Below are positions 14,501-30,580 of a DNA stretch of 64,000 nt, piece after piece (the first letter of the stretch is position 1; each line of letters opens with the position of its first letter). The stretch is from assembly GCA_964016885.1 (NCBI GenBank), contig OZ024744.1, positions 119,846,001-119,910,000 on the forward strand, given 5' to 3'. The position numbers were made by a program, and so were the translations under genes. Source of the DNA: Eledone cirrhosa (taxonomy: Eukaryota). A model generated the notes under the pieces. It was not told where the DNA came from. It did not search any database and worked only from the letters and a program-made list of their open reading frames with translations.

Positions 14501-17500
14501 GAGATTCTTTCCTGAGATATTCTAACCACATGTCATAGTATCAGAGCTGTGATCTCTTAATTTAGAGATACTTTCATGAGATATTCTAACCACATGTCAT
14601 ATTATCAGAGCTCTGATCTCTCAATTCAGAGATTCTTTCCTGAGACATTCTAACCACATGTCATAGTATTAGAGCTGTGATCTCTCAATTCCAAGATTCT
14701 TTCCTGAGAAATTCTAAACTTATGTCTGTAGTATCAGAGCTGTGATCTCTCAATTCAGAGGTTCTTTCCTGAGACATCCTAACTCCATGTCCACAGTATC
14801 AGAGCTGTGATCTCTCAATTCAGAGATTCTTTCCTGAGACATTCTAACCACATGTATCAGAGATATTCTTAATAGTGATCTCTCAATTCAGAGATTCTTT
14901 CCTGAGACATTCTAACTCCATGTCCACAGTATCAGAGCTGTGATCTCTCAATTTACAGATTCTTTCCTGAGATATTCTAACCACATGTCATAGTATCGGA
15001 GCTGTTATCTCTCAATTCAGAGATTCTTTCCTGAGACATTCTAACCACATGTCATAGTAGCAGAGCTGTGATATCTCAATTCAGAGATTCTTTCCTGAGA
15101 TATTCTAACCGCATGTCATAGTATCAGAGCTGTGATCTCTCAATTCAGATATTCTTTCCTGAGACATTCTAGCCACATGTCATAGGATCAGAGTTGTGAT
15201 CTCTCAATTCAGAGATTATTTCCTGAGACATTCTAACCACATGTCATAGTATCAGAGCTGTGATCTCTCAATTCAGAGATTCTTTCCTGAGATATTCTAA
15301 CCACATGTCTGTAGTATCAGAGCTGTGATCTCTCAATTCAGAGATTCTTTACTGAGATATTGTAACCACATGTCATAGTATCAGAGCTGTGATCTCTCAA
15401 TTCAGTGATTCTTTCCTGCGATATTCTAACCACATGTCAGAGTATCAGAGCTGTGATCTCTCAATTCAGATATTCTTTCCTGAGACATTCTAACCACATG
15501 TCATATGATCAGATTTAAGATCTCTCAATTTAGAGATTCTTTCATGAGATATTCTAACCTCATGTCATATTATCAGAGCTGTGATCTCTCAGTTCAGAGA
15601 TTCTTTCCTGAGACATTCTAGCCACGTCATAGTATCAGAGCTGTGATATCACAATTCAGAGATTCTTTCCTGAGACATTCTAACCACATCTCATAATATC
15701 AGAGCTGTGATCTCTCAATTCAGAGATTCTTTCCTGAGATATTCTAACCACATGTCATAGTATCAAAGCTGTGATATCTCAATTCAGAGATTCTTTCCTG
15801 AGACATTCTAACCACATGTCATAGTATCAGAGCTGTGATCTCTTAATTTAGAGATACTTTCATGAGATATTCTAACCACATGTCATAGTATCAGAGCTGT
15901 GATCTCTCAATTCAGAGATTCTTTCCTGAGACATTCTAACCACATGTCATAGTATTAGAGCTGTGATCTCTCAATTCCAAGATTCTTTCCTGAGAAATTC
16001 TAAACTTATGTCTGTAGTATCAGAGCTGTGATCTCTCAATTCAGAGGTTCTTTCCTGAGACATCCTAACTCCATGTCCACAGTATCAGAGCTGTGATCTC
16101 TCAATTCAGAGATTCTTTCCTGAGACATTCTAATTCCATGTCCACAGTATCAGAGCTGTGATCTCTCAATCTAGAGATTCTTTCCTGAGATATTCTAACC
16201 ACATGTCATAGTATCAGAGCTGTGATCTCTCAATTCAGAGATTCTTTCCTGAGACATTCTAACCACATGTCTGTTGTATCAGAGCTGTATGCTCTCAATT
16301 CAGAGATTCTTTCCTGAGACATTCTAACCACATGTCATAGTATCGGAGCTGTTATCCCTCAATTCAGAGATTCTTTCCTGAGATATTGTAACCACATGTC
16401 ATAGTATCAGAGCTGTGATCTCTCAATTCAGTGATTCTTTCCTGCGATATTCTAACCACATGTCAGAGTATCAGAGCTGTGATCTCTCAATTCAGATATT
16501 CTTTCCTGAGACATTCTAACCACATGTCATATGATCAGATTTGAGATCTCTCAATTCAGAGATTCTTTACTGAGATATTCTAACCACATGTCATAGTATC
16601 AGAGCTGTGATCTCTCAATTCAGAGATTCTTTCCTGAGATATTCTAACCACATGTCATAGTATCAGAGCTGTGATCTCTCAATTCAGATATTCTTTCCTG
16701 AGACATTCTAACCACATGTTATATTATCAGAGTTGTGATCTCTCAATTCAGAGATTCTTTCCTGAGATATTCTAACCACATGTCATAGTATCAGAGCTGT
16801 GATCTCTCAATTCAGAGATTCTTTCCTGAGACATTCTTACCACATCTCATAGTATCAGAGCTGTGATCTCTCAATTTAGAGATTCTTTCCTCAGACATTC
16901 TAACCACATGTCATAGTATCAGAACTGTGATCTCTCAATTCAGAGATTCTATGCTGAGACATTCTAACCACATGTCATAGTATCAGAGCTGTGATCTCTC
17001 AATTTAGAGATTCTTTCATGAGATATTCTAACCTCATGTCATATTATCAGAGCTGTGATCTCTCAGTTCAGAGATTCTTTCCTGAGACATTCTAGCCACA
17101 TCATAGTATCAGAGCTGTGATATCTCAATTCAGAGATTCTTTCCTGAGACATTCTAACCACATCTCATAATATCAGAGCTGTGATCTCTCAATTCAGAGA
17201 TTCTTTCCTGAGATATTCTAACCACATGTCATAGTATCAGAGCTGTGATATCTCAATTCAGAGATTCTTTCCTGAGACATTCTAACCACATGTCATAGTA
17301 TCAGAGCTGTGATCTCTCAATTTAGAGATTCTTTCCTGAGAAATTCTAAACTTATGTCTGTAGTATCAGAGCTGTGATCTCTCAATTCAGAGGTTCTTTC
17401 CTGAGACATCCTAACTCCATGTCCACAGTATCAGAGCTGTGATCTCTCGATTCAGAGATTCTTTCCTGAGATATTCTAACCACATGTCATAGTATCAGAG

Positions 17501-20500
17501 CTGTGATCTCTCAATTCAGAGATTCTTTCCTGAGACATTCTAACCACATGTCTGTTGTATCAGAGCTGTATGCTCTCAATTCAGAGATTCTTTCCTGAGA
17601 CATTCTAACCACATGTCATAGTATCGGAGCTGTTATCTCTCAATTCAGAGATTCTTTCCTGAGACATTCTAACCACATGTCATAGTAGCAGAGCTGTGAT
17701 ATCTCAATTCAGAGATTCTTTCCTGAGATATTCTAACCGCATGTCATAGTATCAGAGCTGTGATCTCTCAATTCAGATATTCTTTCCTGAGACATTCTAG
17801 CCACATGTCATAGGATCAGAGTTGTGATCTCTCAATTCAGAGATTATTTCCTGAGACATTCTAACCACATGTCATAGTATCAGAGCTGTGATCTCTCAAT
17901 TCAGAGATTCTTTCCTGAGATATTCTAACCACATGTCTGTAGTATCAGAGCTGTGATCTCTCAATTCAGAGATTCTTTACTGAGATATTGTAACCACATG
18001 TCATAGTATCAGAGCTGTGATATCTCAATTCAGTGATTCTTTCCTGCGATATTCTAACCACATGTCAGAGTATCAGAGCTGTGATCTCTCAATTCAGATA
18101 TTCTTTCCTGAGACATTCTAACCACATGTTATATTATCAGAGTTGTGATCTCTCAATTCAGATATTCTTTCCTGAGATATTCTAACCACATGTCATAGTA
18201 TCAGAGCTGTGATCTCTCAATTCAGAGATTCTTTCCTGAGACATTCTTACCACATCTCATAGTATCAGAGCTGTGATCTCTCAATTTAGAGATTCTTTCC
18301 TCAGACATTCTAACCACATGTCATAGTATCAGAACTGTGATCTCTCAATTCAGAGATTCTATGCTGAGACATTCTAACCACATGTCATAGTATCAGAGCT
18401 GTGATCTCTCAATTTAGAGATTCTTTCATGAGATATTCTAACCTCATGTCATATTATCAGAGCTGTGATCTCTCAGTTCAGAGATTCTTTCCTGAGACAT
18501 TCTAGCCACGTGATAGTATCAGAGCTGTGATATCTCAATTCAGAGATTCTTTCCTGAGACATTCTAACCACATCTCATAATATCAGAGCTGTGAAGTCTC
18601 AATTCAGAGATTCTTTCCTGAGATATTCTAACCACATGTCATAGTATCAGATCTGTGATCTCTCAATTCAGAGATTCTTTCCTGAGACATTCTAACCACA
18701 TCTCATAATATCAGAGCTGTGATCTCTTAATTCAGAGATTCTTTCCTGAGATATTCTAACCACATGTCATAGTATCAGAGCTGTGATATCTCAATTCAGA
18801 GATTCTTTCCTGAGACATTCTAACCACATGTCATAGTATCAGAGCTGTGATCTCTTAATTTAGAGATACTTTCATGAGATATTCTAACCACATGTCATAG
18901 TATCAGAGCTGTGATCTCTCAATTCAGAGATTCTTTCCTGAGACATTCTAACCACATGTCATAGTATTAGAGCTGTGATCTCTCAATTCCAAGATTCTTT
19001 CCTGAGAAATTCTAAACTTATGTCTGTAGTATCAGAGCTGTGATCTCTCAATTCAGAGGTTCTTTCCTGAGACATCCTAACTCCATGTCCACACTATCAG
19101 AGCTGTGATCTCTCAATTCAGAGATTCTTTCCTGAGACATTCTAATTCCATGTCCACAGTATCAGAGCTGTGATCTCTCAATTTAGAGATTCTTTCCTGA
19201 GATATTCTAACCACATGTCATAGTATCAGAGCTGTGATCTCTCAATTCAGAGATTCTTTCCTGAGACATTCTAACCACATGTCTGTTGTATCAGAGCTGT
19301 ATGCTCTCAATTCAGAGATTCTTTCCTGAGACATTCTAACCACATGTCATAGTATCGGAGCTGTTATCTCTCAATTCAGAGATTCTTTCCTGAGACATTC
19401 TAACCACATGTCATAGTAGCAGAGCTGTGATATCTCAATTCAGAGATTCTTTCCTGAGATATTCTAACCGCATGTCAAAGTATCAGAGCTGTGATCTCTC
19501 AATTCAGATATTCTTTCCTGAGACATTCTAGCCACATGTCATAGGATCAGAGTTGTGATCTCTCAATTCAGAGATTATTTCCTGAGACATTCTAACCACA
19601 TGTCATAGTATCAGAGCTGTGATCTCTCAATTCAGAGATTCTTTCCTGAGATATTCTAACCACATGTCTGTAGTATCAGAGCTGTGATCTCTCAATTCAG
19701 AGATTCTTTACTGAGATATTGTAACCACAAGTCATAGTATCAGAGCTGTGATCTCTCAATTCAGTGATTCTTTCCTGAGATATTCTAACCACATGTCATA
19801 GTATCAGAGCTGTGATCTCTCAATTCAGAGATTCTTTCCTGAGACATTCTTACCACATCTCATAGTATCAGAGCTGTGATCTCTCAATTTAGAGATTCTT
19901 TCCTCAGACATTCTAACCACATGTCATAGTATCAGAACTGTGATCTCTCAATTCAGAGATTCTATGCTGAGACATTCTAACCACATGTCATAGTATCAGA
20001 GCTGTGATCTCTCAATTTAGAGATTCTTTCATGAGATATTCTAACCTCATGTCATATTATCAGAGCTGTGATCTCTCAGTTCAGAGATTCTTTCCTGAGA
20101 CATTCTAGACACGTGATAGTATCAGAGCTGTGATATCTCAATTCAGAGATTCTTTCCTGAGACATTCTAACCACATCTCATAATATCAGAGCTGTGAAGT
20201 CTCAATTCAGAGATTCTTTCCTGAGATATTCTAACCACATGTCATAGTATCAGATCTGTGATCTCTCAATTCAGAGATTCTTTCCTGAGACATTCTAACC
20301 ACATCTCATAATATCAGAGCTGTGATCTCTCAATTCAGAGATTCTTTCCTGAGATATTCTAACCACATGTCATAGTATCAGAGCTGTGATATCTCAATTC
20401 AGAGATTCTTTCCTGAGATATTCTAACCACATGTCATAGTATCAGAGCTGTGATATCTTAATTTAGAGATACTTTCATGAGATATTCTAACCACATGTCA

Positions 20501-22748
20501 TAGGATCAGAGCTGTGATCTCTCAATTCAGAGATTCTTTTCTGAGACATTCTAACCACATGTCATAGTATCGGAGCTGTGATCTCTCAATTCAGAGATTC
20601 TTTCCTGAGACATTCTAACCACATCTCATAGTATTCAGAGCTGTGATATCTCAATTCAGAGATTCTTTCCTGACACATTCTAATCACATGTCATAGTATC
20701 AGAGCTGTGATCTCTCAATTTAGATATTCTTTCCTGAGATATTCTAACCATATGTCATAGTATTAGAGCTGTGATCTCTCAATTCAGAGATTCTTTCCTG
20801 AGACATTCTAACCACATGTCTGTAGTATCAGAGCTGTATGCTCTCAATTCAGATATTCTTTCCTGACACATTCTAGCCACATGTCATAGTATCAGAGCTG
20901 TGATCTCTCAATTTAGATATTCTTTCCTGAGATATTCTAACCACATGTCATAGTATTAGAGCTGTGATCTCTCAATTCAGAGATTCTTTCCTGAGACATT
21001 CTAACCACATGTAATAGTATTAGATCTGTGATCTCTCAATTTAGAGATTCTTTCCTGAGACATTCTAACCACATGTCATAGAATTAGAGCTGTGATCTCT
21101 CAATTCAGAGATTCTTTCCTGAGACATTCTAACCACATGTAATAGTATTAGATCTGTGATCTCTCAATTTAGAGATTCTTTCCTGAGATATTCTAACCAC
21201 ATGTCATAGTATCAGAGCTGTGATCTCTCAATTCAGAGATTCTTTCCTGAGATATTCTAACCACATGTCATAGTATCAGAGCTGTGATCTCTCAATTCAG
21301 ATATTCTTTCCTGAGACATTCTAACCACATGTTATATTATCAGAGTTGTGATCTCTCAATTCAGAGATTCTTTCCTGAGATATTCTAACCACATGTCATA
21401 GTATCAGAGCTGTGATCTCTCAATTCAGAGATTCTTTCCTGAGACATTCTTACCACATCTCATAGTATCAGAGCTGTGATCTCTCAATTTAGAGATTCTT
21501 TCCTCAGACATTCTAACCACATGTCATAGTATCAGAACTGTGATCTCTCAATTCAGAGATTCTATGCTGAGACATTCTAACCACATGTCATAGTATCAGA
21601 GCTGTGATCTCTCAATTTAGAGATTCTTTCATGAGATATTCTAACCTCATGTCATATTATCAGAGCTGTGATCTCTCAGTTCAGAGATTCTTTCCTGAGA
21701 CATTCTAGCCACATCATAGTATCAGAGCTGTGATATCTCAATTCAGAGATTCTTTCCTGAGACATTCTAACCACATCTCATAATATCAGAGCTGTGATCT
21801 CTCAATTCAGAGATTCTTTCCTGAGATATTCTAACCACATGTCATAGTATCAGAGCTGTGATATCTCAATTCAGAGATTCTTTCCTGAGACATTCTAACC
21901 ACATGTCATAGTATCAGAGCTGTGATCTCTTAATTTAGAGATACTTTCATGAGATATTCTAACCACATGTCATAGTATCAGAGCTGTGATCTCTCAATTC
22001 AGAGATTCTTTCCTGAGACATTCTAACCACATGTCATAGTATTAGAGCTGTGATCTCTCAATTCCAAGATTCTTTCCTGAGAAATTCTAAACTTATGTCT
22101 GTAGTATCAGAGCTGTGATCTCTCAATTCAGAGGTTCTTTCCTGAGACATCCTAACTCCATGTCCACAGTATCAGAGCTGTGATCTCTCGATTCAGAGAT
22201 TCTTTCCTGAGACATTCTAATTCCATGTCCACAGTATCAGAGCTGTGATCTCTCAATTTAGAGATTCTTTCCTGAGATATTCTAACCACATGTCATAGTA
22301 TCAGAGCTGTGATCTCTCAATTCAGAGATTCTTTCCTGAGACATTCTAACCACATGTCTGTTGTATCAGAGCTGTATGCTCTCAATTCAGAGATTCTTTC
22401 CTGAGACATTCTAACCACATGTCATAGTATCGGAGCTGTTATCTCTCAATTCAGAGATTCTTTCCTGAGACATTCTAACCACATGTCATAGTAGCAGAGC
22501 TGTGATATCTCAATTCAGAGATTCTTTCCTGAGATATTCTAACCGCATGTCATAGTATCAGAGCTGTGATCTCTCAATTCAGATATTCTTTCCTGAGACA
22601 TTCTAGCCACATGTCATAGGATCAGAGTTGTGATCTCTCAATTCAGAGATTATTTCCTGAGACATTCTAACCACATGTCATAGTATCAGAGCTGTGATCT
22701 CTCAATTCAGAGATTCTTTCCTGAGATATTCTAACCACATGTCTGTAG

Positions 22749-25700
22749 TATCAGAGTTGTGATCTCTCAATTCAGATATTCTTTCCTGAGATATTCTAAC
22801 CACATGTCATAGTATCAGAGCTGTGATCTCTCAATTCAGAGATTCTTTCCTGAGACATTCTTACCACATCTCATAGTATCAGAGCTGTGATCTCTCAATT
22901 TAGAGATTCTTTCCTCAGACATTCTAACCACATGTCATAGTATCAGAACTGTGATCTCTCAATTCAGAGATTCTATGCTGAGACATTCTAACCACATGTC
23001 ATAGTATCAGAGCTGTGATCTGTCAATTTAGAGATTCTTTCATGAGATATTCTAACCTCATGTCATATTATCAGAGCTGTGATCTCTCAGTTCAGAGATT
23101 CTTTCCTGAGACATTCTAGCCACGTGATAGTATCAGAGCTGTGATATCTCAATTCAGAGATTCTTTCCTGAGACATTCTAACCACATCTCATAATATCAG
23201 AGCTGTGAAGTCTCAATTCAGAGATTCTTTCCTGAGATATTCTAACCACATGTCATAGTATCAGATCTGTGATCTCTCAATTCAGAGATTCTTTCCTGAG
23301 ACATTCTAACCACATCTCATAATATCAGAGCTGTGATCTCTTAATTCAGAGATTCTTTCCTGAGACATTTTAACCACATGTCATACTATCAGAGCTGTGA
23401 TATCTCAATTCAGAGATTCTTTCCTGATATATTCTAACCACATGTCATAGTATCAGAGCTGTGATATCTCAATTCAGAGATTCTTTCCTGAGACATTCTA
23501 ACCACATGTCATAGTATCAGAGCTGTGATCTCTTAATTTAAAGATACTTTCATGAGATATTCTAACCACATGTCATAGTATCAGAGCTGTGATCTCTCAA
23601 TTTAGAGATTCTTTCCTGAGACATTCTAACCACATGTCATAGTATTAGAGCTGTGATCTCTCAATTCCAAGATTCTTTCCTGAGAAATTCTAAACTTATG
23701 TCTGTAGTATCAGAGCTGTGATCTCTCAATTCAGAGGTTCTTTCCTGAGACATCCTAACTCCATGTCCACAGTATCAGAGCTGTGATCTCTCAATTCAGA
23801 GATTCTTTCCTGAGACATTCTAATTCCATGTCCACAGTATCAGAGCTGTGATCTCTCAATTTAGAGATTCTTTCCTGAGATATTCTAACCACATGTCATA
23901 GTATCAGAGCTGTGATCTCTCAATTCAGAGATTCTTTCCTGAGACATTCTAACCACATGTCTGTTGTATCAGAGCTGTATGCTCTCAATTCAGAGATTCT
24001 TTCCTGAGACATTCTAACCACATGTCATAGTATCGGAGCTGTTATCTCTCAATTCAGAGATTCTTTCCTGAGACATTCTAACCACATGTCATAGTAGCAG
24101 AGCTGTGATATCTCAATTCAGAGATTCTTTCCTGAGATATTCTAACCGCATGTCAAAGTATCAGAGCTGTGATCTCTCAATTCAGATATTCTTTCCTGAG
24201 ACATTCTAGCCACATGTCATAGGATCAGAGTTGTGATCTCTCAATTCAGAGATTATTTCCTGAGACATTCTAACCACATGTCATAGTATCAGAGCTGTGA
24301 TCTCTCAATTCAGAGATTCTTTCCTGAGATATTCTAACCACATGTCTGTAGTATCAGAGCTGTGATCTCTCAATTCAGAGATTCTTTACTGAGATATTGT
24401 AACCACAAGTCATAGTATCAGAGCTGTGATCTCTCAATTCAGTGATTCTTTCCTGCGATATTCTAACCACATGTCAGAGTATCAGAGCTGTGATCTCTCA
24501 ATTCAGATATTCTTTCCTGAGACATTCTAACCACATGTTATATTATCAGAGTTGTGATCTCTCAATTCAGATATTCTTTCCTGAGATATTCTAACCACAT
24601 GTCATAGTATCAGAGCTGTGATCTCTCAATTCAGAGATTCTTTCCTGAGACATTCTTACCACATCTCATAGTATCAGAGCTGTGATCTCTCAATTTAGAG
24701 ATTCTTTCCTCAGACATTCTAACCACATGTCATAGTATCAGAACTGTGATCTCTCAATTCAGAGATTCTATGCTGAGACATTCTAACCACATGTCATAGT
24801 ATCAGAGCTGTGATCTCTCAATTTAGAGATTCTTTCATGAGATATTCTAACCTCATGTCATATTATCAGAGCTGTGATCTCTCAGTTCAGAGATTCTTTC
24901 CTGAGACATTCTAGACACGTGATAGTATCAGAGCTGTGATATCTCAATTCAGAGATTCTTTCCTGAGACATTCTAACCACATCTCATAATATCAGAGCTG
25001 TGAAGTCTCAATTCAGAGATTCTTTCCTGAGATATTCTAACCACATGTCATAGTATCAGATCTGTGATCTCTCAATTCAGAGATTCTTTCCTGAGACATT
25101 CTAACCACATCTCATAATATCAGAGCTGTGATCTCTCAATTCAGAGATTCTTTCCTGAGATATTCTAACCACATGTCATAGTATCAGAGCTGTGATATCT
25201 CAATTCAGAGATTCTTTCCTGAGATATTCTAACCACATGTCATAGTATCAGAGCTGTGATGTCTTAATTTAGAGATACTTTCATGAGATATTCTAACCAC
25301 ATGTCATAGGATCAGAGCTGTGATCTCTCAATTCAGAGATTCTTTCCTGAGACATTCTAACCACATGTCATAGTATCGGAGCTGTGATCTCTCAATTCAG
25401 AGATTCTTTCCTGAGACATTCTAACCACATCTCATAGTATTCAGAGCTGTGATATCTCAATTCAGAGATTCTTTCCTGAGACATTCTAACCACATCTCAT
25501 AATATCAGAGCTGTGATCTCTCAATTCAGAGATTCTTTCCTGAGATATTCTAAACACATGTCATAGTATCAGAGCTGTGATATCTCAATTCAGAGATTCT
25601 TTCCTGAGATATTCTAACCACATGTCATAGTATCAGAGCTGTGATATCTTAATTTAGAGATACTTTCATGAGATATTCTAACCACATGTCATAGGATCAG

Positions 25701-28700
25701 AGCTGTGATCTCTCAATTCAGAGATTCTTTTCTGAGACATTCTAACCACATGTCATAGTATCGGAGCTGTGATCTCTCAATTCAGAGATTCTTTCCTGAG
25801 ACATTCTAACCACATCTCATAGTATTCAGAGCTGTGATATCTCAATTCAGAGATTCTTTCCTGACACATTCTAATCACATGTCATAGTATCAGAGCTGTG
25901 ATCTCTCAATTTAGATATTCTTTCCTGAGATATTCTAACCACATGTCATAGTATTAGAGCTGTGATCTCTCAATTCAGAGATTCTTTCCTGAGACATTCT
26001 AACCACATGTCTGTAGTATCAGAGCTGTATGCTCTCAATTCAGATATTCTTTCCTGACACATTCTAGCCACATGTCATAGTATCAGAGCTGTGATCTCTC
26101 AATTTAGATATTCTTTCCTGAGATATTCTAACCACATGTCATAGTATTAGAGCTGTGATCTCTTAATTCAGAGATTCTTTCCTGAGACATTCTAACCACA
26201 TGTAATAGTATTAGATCTGTGATCTCTCAATTTAGAGATTCTTTCCTGAGACATTCTAACCACATGTCATAGAATTAGAGCTGTGATCTCTCAATTCAGA
26301 GATTCTTTCCTGAGACATTCTAACCACATGTAATAGTATTAGATCTGTGATCTCTCAATTTAGAGATTCTTTCCTGAGATATTCTAACCACATGTCATAG
26401 TATCAGAGCTGTGATCTCTCAATTCAGAGATTCTTTCCTGAGATATTCTAACCACATGTCATAGTATCAGAGCTGTGATCTCTCAATTCAGATATTCTTT
26501 CCTGAGACATTCTAACCACATGTTATATTATCAGAGTTGTGATCTCTCAATTCAGAGATTCTTTCCTGAGATATTCTAACCACATGTCATAGTATCAGAG
26601 CTGTGATCTCTCAATTCAGAGATTCTTTCCTGAGACATTCTTACCACATCTCATAGTATCAGAGCTGTGATCTCTCAATTTAGAGATTCTTTCCTCAGAC
26701 ATTCTAACCACATGTCATAGTATCAGAACTGTGATCTCTCAATTCAGAGATTCTATGCTGAGACATTCTAACCACATGTCATAGTATCAGAGCTGTGATC
26801 TGTCAATTTAGAGATTCTTTCATGAGATATTCTAACCTCATGTCATATTATCAGAGCTGTGATCTCTCAGTTCAGAGATTCTTTCCTGAGACATTCTAGC
26901 CACGTGATAGTATCAGAGCTGTGATATCTCAATTCAGAGATTCTTTCCTGAGACATTCTAACCACATCTCATAATATCAGAGCTGTGAAGTCTCAATTCA
27001 GAGATTCTTTCCTGAGATATTCTAACCACATGTCATAGTATCAGATCTGTGATCTCTCAATTCAGAGATTCTTTCCTGAGACATTCTAACCACATCTCAT
27101 AATATCAGAGCTGTGATCTCTTAATTCAGAGATTCTTTCCTGAGACATTTTAACCACATGTCATACTATCAGAGCTGTGATATCTCAATTCAGAGATTCT
27201 TTCCTGATATATTCTAACCACATGTCATAGTATCAGAGCTGTGATATCTCAATTCAGAGATTCTTTCCTGAGACATTCTAACCACATGTCATAGTATCAG
27301 AGCTGTGATCTCTTAATTTAAAGATACTTTCATGAGATATTCTAACCACATGTCATAGTATCAGAGCTGTGATCTCTCAATTTAGAGATTCTTTCCTGAG
27401 ACATTCTAACCACATGTCATAGTATTAGAGCTGTGATCTCTCAATTCCAAGATTCTTTCCTGAGAAATTCTAAACTTATGTCTGTAGTATCAGAGCTGTG
27501 ATCTCTCAATTCAGAGGTTCTTTCCTGAGACATCCTAACTCCATGTCCACAGTATCAGAGCTGTGATCTCTCAATTCAGAGATTCTTTCCTGAGACATTC
27601 TAATTCCATGTCCACAGTATCAGAGCTGTGATCTCTCAATTTAGAGATTCTTTCCTGAGATATTCTAACCACATGTCATAGTATCAGAGCTGTGATCTCT
27701 CAATTCAGAGATTCTTTCCTGAGACATTCTAACCACATGTCTGTTGTATCAGAGCTGTATGCTCTCAATTCAGAGATTCTTTCCTGAGACATTCTAACCA
27801 CATGTCATAGTATCGGAGCTGTTATCTCTCAATTCAGAGATTCTTTCCTGAGACATTCTAACCACATGTCATAGTAGCAGAGCTGTGATATCTCAATTCA
27901 GAGATTCTTTCCTGAGATATTCTAACCGCATGTCAAAGTATCAGAGCTGTGATCTCTCAATTCAGATATTCTTTCCTGAGACATTCTAGCCACATGTCAT
28001 AGGATCAGAGTTGTGATCTCTCAATTCAGAGATTATTTCCTGAGACATTCTAACCACATGTCATAGTATCAGAGCTGTGATCTCTCAATTCAGAGATTCT
28101 TTCCTGAGATATTCTAACCACATGTCTGTAGTATCAGAGCTGTGATCTCTCAATTCAGAGATTCTTTACTGAGATATTGTAACCACAAGTCATAGTATCA
28201 GAGCTGTGATCTCTCAATTCAGTGATTCTTTCCTGCGATATTCTAACCACATGTCAGAGTATCAGAGCTGTGATCTCTCAATTCAGATATTCTTTCCTGA
28301 GACATTCTAACCACATGTTATATTATCAGAGTTGTGATCTCTCAATTCAGATATTCTTTCCTGAGATATTCTAACCACATGTCATAGTATCAGAGCTGTG
28401 ATCTCTCAATTCAGAGATTCTTTCCTGAGACATTCTTACCACATCTCATAGTATCAGAGCTGTGATCTCTCAATTTAGAGATTCTTTCCTCAGACATTCT
28501 AACCACATGTCATAGTATCAGAACTGTGATCTCTCAATTCAGAGATTCTATGCTGAGACATTCTAACCACATGTCATAGTATCAGAGCTGTGATCTCTCA
28601 ATTTAGAGATTCTTTCATGAGATATTCTAACCTCATGTCATATTATCAGAGCTGTGATCTCTCAGTTCAGAGATTCTTTCCTGAGACATTCTAGACACGT

Positions 28701-30580
28701 GATAGTATCAGAGCTGTGATATCTCAATTCAGAGATTCTTTCCTGAGACATTCTAACCACATCTCATAATATCAGAGCTGTGAAGTCTCAATTCAGAGAT
28801 TCTTTCCTGAGATATTCTAACCACATGTCATAGTATCAGATCTGTGATCTCTCAATTCAGAGATTCTTTCCTGAGACATTCTAACCACATCTCATAATAT
28901 CAGAGCTGTGATCTCTCAATTCAGAGATTCTTTCCTGAGATATTCTAACCACATGTCATAGTATCAGAGCTGTGATATCTCAATTCAGAGATTCTTTCCT
29001 GAGATATTCTAACCACATGTCATAGTATCAGAGCTGTGATGTCTTAATTTAGAGATACTTTCATGAGATATTCTAACCACATGTCATAGGATCAGAGCTG
29101 TGATCTCTCAATTCAGAGATTCTTTCCTGAGACATTCTAACCACATGTCATAGTATCGGAGCTGTGATCTCTCAATTCAGAGATTCTTTCCTGAGACATT
29201 CTAACCACATCTCATAGTATTCAGAGCTGTGATATCTCAATTCAGAGATTCTTTCCTGAGACATTCTAACCACATCTCATAATATCAGAGCTGTGATCTC
29301 TCAATTCAGAGATTCTTTCCTGAGATATTCTAAACACATGTCATAGTATCAGAGCTGTGATATCTCAATTCAGAGATTCTTTCCTGAGATATTCTAACCA
29401 CATGTCATAGTATCAGAGCTGTGATATCTTAATTTAGAGATACTTTCATGAGATATTCTAACCACATGTCATAGGATCAGAGCTGTGATCTCTCAATTCA
29501 GAGATTCTTTTCTGAGACATTCTAACCACATGTCATAGTATCGGAGCTGTGATCTCTCAATTCAGAGATTCTTTCCTGAGACATTCTAACCACATCTCAT
29601 AGTATTCAGAGCTGTGATATCTCAATTCAGAGATTCTTTCCTGACACATTCTAATCACATGTCATAGTATCAGAGCTGTGATCTCTCAATTTAGATATTC
29701 TTTCCTGAGATATTCTAACCACATGTCATAGTATTAGAGCTGTGATCTCTCAATTCAGAGATTCTTTCCTGAGACATTCTAACCACATGTCTGTAGTATC
29801 AGAGCTGTATGCTCTCAATTCAGATATTCTTTCCTGACACATTCTAGCCACATGTCATAGTATCAGAGCTGTGATCTCTCAATTTAGATATTCTTTCCTG
29901 AGATATTCTAACCACATGTCATAGTATTAGAGCTGTGATCTCTCAATTCAGAGATTCTTTCCTGAGACATTCTAACCACATGTAATAGTATTAGATCTGT
30001 GATCTCTCAATTTAGAGATTCTTTCCTGAGACATTCTAACCACATGTCATAGAATTAGAGCTGTGATCTCTCAATTCAGAGATTCTTTCCTGAGACATTC
30101 TAACCACATGTAATAGTATTAGATCTGTGATCTCTCAATTTAGAGATTCTTTCCTGAGATATTCTAACCACATGTCATAGTATCAGAGCTGTGATCTCTC
30201 AATTCAGAGATTCTTTCCTGAGATATTCTAACCACATGTCATAGTATCAGAGCTGTGATCTCTCAATTCAGATATTCTTTCCTGAGACATTCTAACCACA
30301 TGTTATATTATCAGAGTTGTGATCTCTCAATTCAGAGATTCTTTCCTGAGATATTCTAACCACATGTCATAGTATCAGAGCTGTGATCTCTCAATTCAGA
30401 GATTCTTTCCTGAGACATTCTTACCACATCTCATAGTATCAGAGCTGTGATCTCTCAATTTAGAGATTCTTTCCTCAGACATTCTAACCACATGTCATAG
30501 TATCAGAACTGTGATCTCTCAATTCAGAGATTCTATGCTGAGACATTCTAACCACATGTCATAGTATCAGAGCTGTGATC
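22749..30580 (+). repeat. Near-identical tandem duplication, period 3780 bp (59 monomers), about 2.07 copies
   Basis: Printed 60-nt lines repeat exactly 63 lines later (22981=26761, 23341=27121, 25261=29041, 26521=30301). Very few differences seen by eye (e.g. tcttaatt at 26161 vs tctcaatt at 29941). Confidence 0.92.
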